Source of the DNA: an uncultured Planctomycetaceae bacterium
GTDB lineage: Bacteria; Planctomycetota; Planctomycetia; Isosphaerales; Isosphaeraceae
Assembly (NCBI GenBank): GCA_963833985.1
Contig: CAWIAD010000001.1
Location: forward strand, 1,312,001-1,376,000
DNA length: 64,000 nucleotides
Direction of reading: 5' to 3'
Shown here: piece after piece, positions 60,701 to 64,000 of the stretch
Layout of the letters: every line of letters starts with the position of its first letter
Numbering within the stretch: position 1 is the first letter of the stretch
Made by a program: the position numbers and the translations under genes
The notes under the pieces: model-generated
What the model saw: the letters and a program-made list of their open reading frames with translations, nothing else
What the model was told of the DNA's origin: nothing
Database searches by the model: none

Positions 60701-60864
60701 CGGATCCCGGGAGCAAGGTCTCACGGATCAAGAACCAGGCGCACAACTACGACCTGCTCGGCGATCTGAACACCAAGCCGCGCACCTCCTACCTGGCACG
60801 GCTGAGGAACCCGAATCCCAGGATGGCCGCCGGAGCGGACGTGGCGGCAGGGGGGCACGCATGA
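57748..60864 (+). CDS. actB: Alternative complex III subunit B (Tat-exported molybdopterin-oxidoreductase-like + Fe-S domain)
   Basis: [15 protein letters not shown]at motif, LAGC lipobox, [40 protein letters not shown]. Confidence 0.93.
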   Translation: MTETEPSSSNLEPLAIPTGKAYWRSLDHLADTPQFRDWIERRFPESMSELLAGGVDRRRFLQLMAASIGLAGLAGCRRPEMKALPYAKSPEEVVPGLPNFYATAMPRRGGALPILVESHEGRPTKIEGNPRHPDSGGSSDVLAQAWVLELYDPDRAGPVRHLGEPSTWKDYDVFAAQHYASLRQRKGKGLRILSEGLNSPSLDLLREHLRSTLPEAGWHVFEPVSTSNALDGAALACGSPVLPRFHFDRAEVIVSLDSDFLGLEEDGTRHHRGFSRGRLGEGQVPAMNRLYVVESQFSITGGMADHRLRLPSSHVLDYTLALARAVATSDPVVPAPGSPQARLRTALEQRRPSVRLDERWVREVAADLRSRPGKTIIVAGRRQPPLVHALALALNDMLGSLGKTVELHKAPGRPAAGTIHELAGAIDQGQVETLVILGGNPAYNAPADLALAERLKQVPTTIRLGLHADETSRLATWHLPLAHGLEAWGDARAGNGAVLPVQPLIEPLFEGRNMLEELARLTQYETSSPYEIVRRAFRKVSGTKDAEFEAAWRRCLHEGTSTAGAEASVRPAVAWDSVARAVGAAGPGTGPLSASNLELVLERDTKVDDGRFANNGWLQELPHPVTKLSWGNAALFSPRTAEELGIVDGDVVRLELDGRSLETAAMILPGQADHSVGLALGYGRSGAGHIGRDVGSNAYALRSSGAPDLARGLKVSGTGKKASLACSQDHFTMEGRDLIRELTLADLIGPHETGHAHEPELHDIQTVPVSAGEHQWGMAIDLNTCTGCNACVLACQSENNIPIVGRDEILRGREMHWIRIDRYFAGDLEEPELVHQPVACMQCEKAPCEVVCPINATVHGEEGLNLMVYSRCIGTRYCANNCPYKVHRFNYFDYNQRPLDQLWYGPLAEKGMPETLKMQKNPDVSVRMRGVMEKCTYCVQRIERARIGVHVAAGGAPPGKIPDGTVVPACAQACPAQAIVFGDISDPGSKVSRIKNQAHNYDLLGDLNTKPRTSYLARLRNPNPRMAAGADVAAGGHA

Positions 60865-62828
60865 ACGGTCCGTCGGAAGAGCCGCTGGATCCTCCTTCCC
60901 TGGTCGCGGGAAGCCATGACTTCGGCTCCATCACCGAGATGGTCTGCGGGCTGGTGGAACAGCCAGCCCCGGCCTGGTGGTGGCTGGCCTTCCTGGTCTG
61001 CGGGGCCGTCGGCACGATCGGTGCGATCGCGACCGTTTACGTCATCTCGACGGGGCTGGGCATCTGGGGCATGAACCAGACGGTGGGCTGGGGCCTGCCC
61101 ATCGGAACCTTCGTCTTCTGGGTCGGCATCGGCCACGCCGGCACACTCATCTCGGCGATCCTCTTCCTGTTCCGACAGAAGTGGCGGTCCAGCCTGAACC
61201 GCGCCGCCGAGGCCATGACGCTCTTCGCCGTGGCCTGCGCGGGGCTGTACGTGATGATCCACATCGGCCGCGTCTGGATCGCCTGGTTCATGGTGCCGTT
61301 CCCGAACTCGAACGAGCTTTTTCCGAACTTCCGCAGCGCGCTTTCGTGGGATTTCGCGGCCATCTCGACGTATGGCCTGGTGTCGCTGATGTTCTGGTAC
61401 GTGGGGCTGATCCCCGACATGGCCACCTTGCGCAACCGCGCGAAGACCCGGCTGCGTGGCTGGATCTACGGCCTGCTGGCCCTCGGCTGGCGCGGCTCGG
61501 CGCGGCACTGGAACAACTACGAGATGGCCTACCTGCTCCTGGCTGGCCTGGCCACGCCCCTGGTGGTGAGCGTGCACACGATCGTGAGCTTTGATTTCGC
61601 GACCGCGGTGGTTCCGGGCTGGCACTCGACGATCTTTCCTCCCTACTTCGTCACGGGTGCGATCTTCTCCGGGCTGGCGATGGTGATCACCCTGCTGGTG
61701 CCCTTGCGCCGGCTCTGCCGGCTCGAGGACCTGATCACCGGCACGCATCTGCAAAATATGTGCAAGCTGATCCTGGTGACGTCGCTGATCATCGCCTACG
61801 CCTACGGGACCGAGTTCTTCATGGCCTGGTATGCCGGCAACCCGTTCGAGCAGTACACGTTCCGCAACCGGGTGATGGGGCCCTACGGCTGGTGCTTCGC
61901 GACCATGGTGCTGTGCAACGTGCTCTTGCCGCAGCTCTTCTGGTTCCGCTGGTTCCGGACGACGCCTTGGGCCATGTTCGTCATCTCGCTGTTCGTGAAC
62001 GTCGGCATGTGGTTCGAGCGATTCGTGATCGTGACGACGAGTCTGCACCGCGATTTCCTGCCGTCAAGCTGGAAGATGTTCTACCCCACATGGGTTGACT
62101 ACGTGCAACTGCTGGGCGGCTTCGGGCTCTTCACGACGCTGTTTCTGCTCTTCATCCGGGTCTTGCCGATGGTGGCCATGAGCGAGGTGAAGGCTTGCCT
62201 CCCGGCGGCCGACCCTCATTCCGAGGAGCATTGCGGGTTGGGCCGGGACGGAGCGGAGCAGGCCGGAGCGGTTGTCTCCGCGGTGGTGCGGCCGGCTTCA
62301 GGTCCCACTTTCGGGGTGCTGGCGCGGTTTGCCGGTCCGGGACCGCTGCTGAATGCGGCCCGGCGGCTGCACGCCGCGGGGTACCGGCGGGTGGACGCGT
62401 ACTCGCCGTTCCCGATCCACGGCATGGAGCGGGCGCTGCGGCTGCGCCGCTCGCTGGTGCCGGCATTCGTCTTCGCGGGCGGGGCGATCGGAGTGCTCTT
62501 TGCGCAGTGGGTCCAGCACTACCAGAGCTCAGTAGGCTACCCGGTGGTGGTCTTCGGAAAGCCGCTGGACAGCGCGGAGGCGTTCGTACCGATCAGCTTC
62601 GAGACGATGATCCTGTATGCCTCTTTCGCGTCGGTACTGAGCATGCTGGTGCTCAACGGCCTGCCCCGGTTCTACCATCCGGTGTTCCGCGGAAGGTCAT
62701 TCGCCAGGGCCAGCGATGATGGCTTCTTCCTTTCCGTCGAATCGCGGGACGATGTGTTCGGCCGTGAGGAAACGCCGGCCTTGCTGGCGGAGCTGGGGGC
62801 GACCGAAATCGAATTCCTGACAGACTGA
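60861..62828 (+). CDS. actC: Alternative complex III ActC (NrfD family) fused in frame to ActD (DUF3341)
   Basis: [37 protein letters not shown], then [11 protein letters not shown] and ASDDGFFL with no stop between. Confidence 0.88.
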   Translation: MNGPSEEPLDPPSLVAGSHDFGSITEMVCGLVEQPAPAWWWLAFLVCGAVGTIGAIATVYVISTGLGIWGMNQTVGWGLPIGTFVFWVGIGHAGTLISAILFLFRQKWRSSLNRAAEAMTLFAVACAGLYVMIHIGRVWIAWFMVPFPNSNELFPNFRSALSWDFAAISTYGLVSLMFWYVGLIPDMATLRNRAKTRLRGWIYGLLALGWRGSARHWNNYEMAYLLLAGLATPLVVSVHTIVSFDFATAVVPGWHSTIFPPYFVTGAIFSGLAMVITLLVPLRRLCRLEDLITGTHLQNMCKLILVTSLIIAYAYGTEFFMAWYAGNPFEQYTFRNRVMGPYGWCFATMVLCNVLLPQLFWFRWFRTTPWAMFVISLFVNVGMWFERFVIVTTSLHRDFLPSSWKMFYPTWVDYVQLLGGFGLFTTLFLLFIRVLPMVAMSEVKACLPAADPHSEEHCGLGRDGAEQAGAVVSAVVRPASGPTFGVLARFAGPGPLLNAARRLHAAGYRRVDAYSPFPIHGMERALRLRRSLVPAFVFAGGAIGVLFAQWVQHYQSSVGYPVVVFGKPLDSAEAFVPISFETMILYASFASVLSMLVLNGLPRFYHPVFRGRSFARASDDGFFLSVESRDDVFGREETPALLAELGATEIEFLTD

Positions 62829-62916
62829 GGACCGTGTGCCGGTCTGGCCGGGGTTCGTTCTCCGGGGGGTGGTGTCGCGTGGCGTGCAGCGCGTTTCTTC
62901 ACTTGCGGATTGATGG

Positions 62917-63582
62917 GTGGCGGCGATGCGATTGGTGATCTGTGTGCTGGTGCTGGCGACGGGCGTGTTCGTTTCCCTGATGGGAGTGCGGGGCACGATC
63001 AGCGATCGGCGGCCGCTCATGATCGTGCCGGACATGGTGGTCCAGCCGCGCTACGGCGCCCAGGATGAAAGCGCGTTCTTCAAAGACGGCCGGGAGCTGC
63101 GCACACCTCCCACGGGCACGGTGGCCTTCGGCGGGGCCGACTATGCAAGCGATGCGGGCGCACCGCGATTGAACCCCGATTTCCTCCAGGAGGATGAGCG
63201 CTACTACCGCGGCAAGCAGGGAACGGGGTGGGTGACCCGTCTCCCCGTGAAGCTTGATATGGACCTGCTCAAGAGGGGCCGGCAGCGCTACGAGATCTAC
63301 TGCGCACCCTGCCACGGCCTGACCGGGTCCGGCAATGGGCTCATGACGCAGTACGGCCTGGCGGGCGTGGCGACGATCACCGACGCGTTCCACGGCCTCA
63401 TGCCGGTGGGCGAGTACTTCAGCGTCATCAGCAACGGCAAGGGGAAGATGCTCGGCTACGGCGGCCAGATCAAGGTTGCCGACCGCTGGGCGATCGTGGC
63501 CTACATCCGCGCCCTGACTCGCAGCCAGAACGCGCGCATCGGCGATGTCCCGGAATCCAGGCGAGCGGAGCTGAACCAGTGA
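62917..63582 (+). CDS. actE: Alternative complex III monoheme cytochrome c
   Basis: PDM..QPRY, RGRQRYEIYCAPCHG, DRWAIVAYIRAL. Confidence 0.9.
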   Translation: MAAMRLVICVLVLATGVFVSLMGVRGTISDRRPLMIVPDMVVQPRYGAQDESAFFKDGRELRTPPTGTVAFGGADYASDAGAPRLNPDFLQEDERYYRGKQGTGWVTRLPVKLDMDLLKRGRQRYEIYCAPCHGLTGSGNGLMTQYGLAGVATITDAFHGLMPVGEYFSVISNGKGKMLGYGGQIKVADRWAIVAYIRALTRSQNARIGDVPESRRAELNQ

Positions 63583-64000
63583 CCCATGCACGCCGGCTGA
63601 CCGACAGTGTGTATCTGCCCGGCGGGGGAGGGCGCATCGTGGTCGCGCTCTTCACCGCGCTGGCCCTGGCCGCCGGCGCCGTGTCGTGGTCCCGCTGGGA
63701 AAGCGACCCGCACCGGTGGCTCTTCTCGTACCTGGTGGCCTGGACCTTTCTGGTCACAATCGGCGTCGGCTCCCTGGCGTGGCTGATGCTCCAGCACCTC
63801 ACGCGCGCGGTCTGGTCCATCGTCGTCCGCCGTCTGCTGGAGAACATCGCCCTGGCCCTGCCGTTGCTCGCCGTCGGGTTTGTCCCCATCGCCCGCAATT
63901 TGCAGAGGATCTATGCCTGGGCAGACGCCTCGCGCGTCGCTGCGGACCCTGCCCTGGGCGCAAGGCGGCCTGGCTTGACCCCATGTTCTTCAGCCTGCGT
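63579..64000 (+). CDS. actF: Alternative complex III subunit F, 5' part (runs off the window; probable frameshift near 63960)
   Basis: GTGA overlap with actE; FSYLVAWTF...LQHLTRAVWSIVVRRLLE. Confidence 0.85.
   Translation, partial: MTHARRLTDSVYLPGGGGRIVVALFTALALAAGAVSWSRWESDPHRWLFSYLVAWTFLVTIGVGSLAWLMLQHLTRAVWSIVVRRLLENIALALPLLAVGFVPIARNLQRIYAWADASRVAADPALGARRPGLTPCSSAC

Overview
High-GC bacterial window whose gene content (ECF/FecR pair, TPR proteins, Uma2 protein, small Cys-rich secreted protein, ActC-ActD fusion) suggests a planctomycete, possibly Isosphaeraceae-like (inference). The core backbone is blaI/M56 peptidase, rimO-pgsA-uppP-addB-addA, adk, a DUF151 nuclease and the alternative complex III operon (actA-F). 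Three minus-strand tRNAs each have accessory cargo at their 3' side. (1) tRNA-Arg(TCG): a defence island with Uma2, a DUF262-HNH (GmrSD-like) nuclease and a type III mod-res pair with an MNT-HEPN toxin-antitoxin nested between mod and res, plus an unknown RHH-like + coiled-coil/2TM gene pair. (2) tRNA-Leu(TAA): a type II-like N6-adenine MTase/REase pair next to IS66 debris. (3) tRNA-Ser(TGA): a relic integron (C-terminal intI fragment, divergent arsR-SRPBCC-hydrolase block, well-formed attC). Also present: an ETR1-like (ethylene-receptor-like) sensor kinase, a PAS-HK/NarL/HD-GYP/PilZ signalling block and two REP-like palindrome families bracketing addA. Many single-base frameshifts in housekeeping genes most likely reflect long-read assembly errors. 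All family assignments come from motif recognition by eye, not from database searches.
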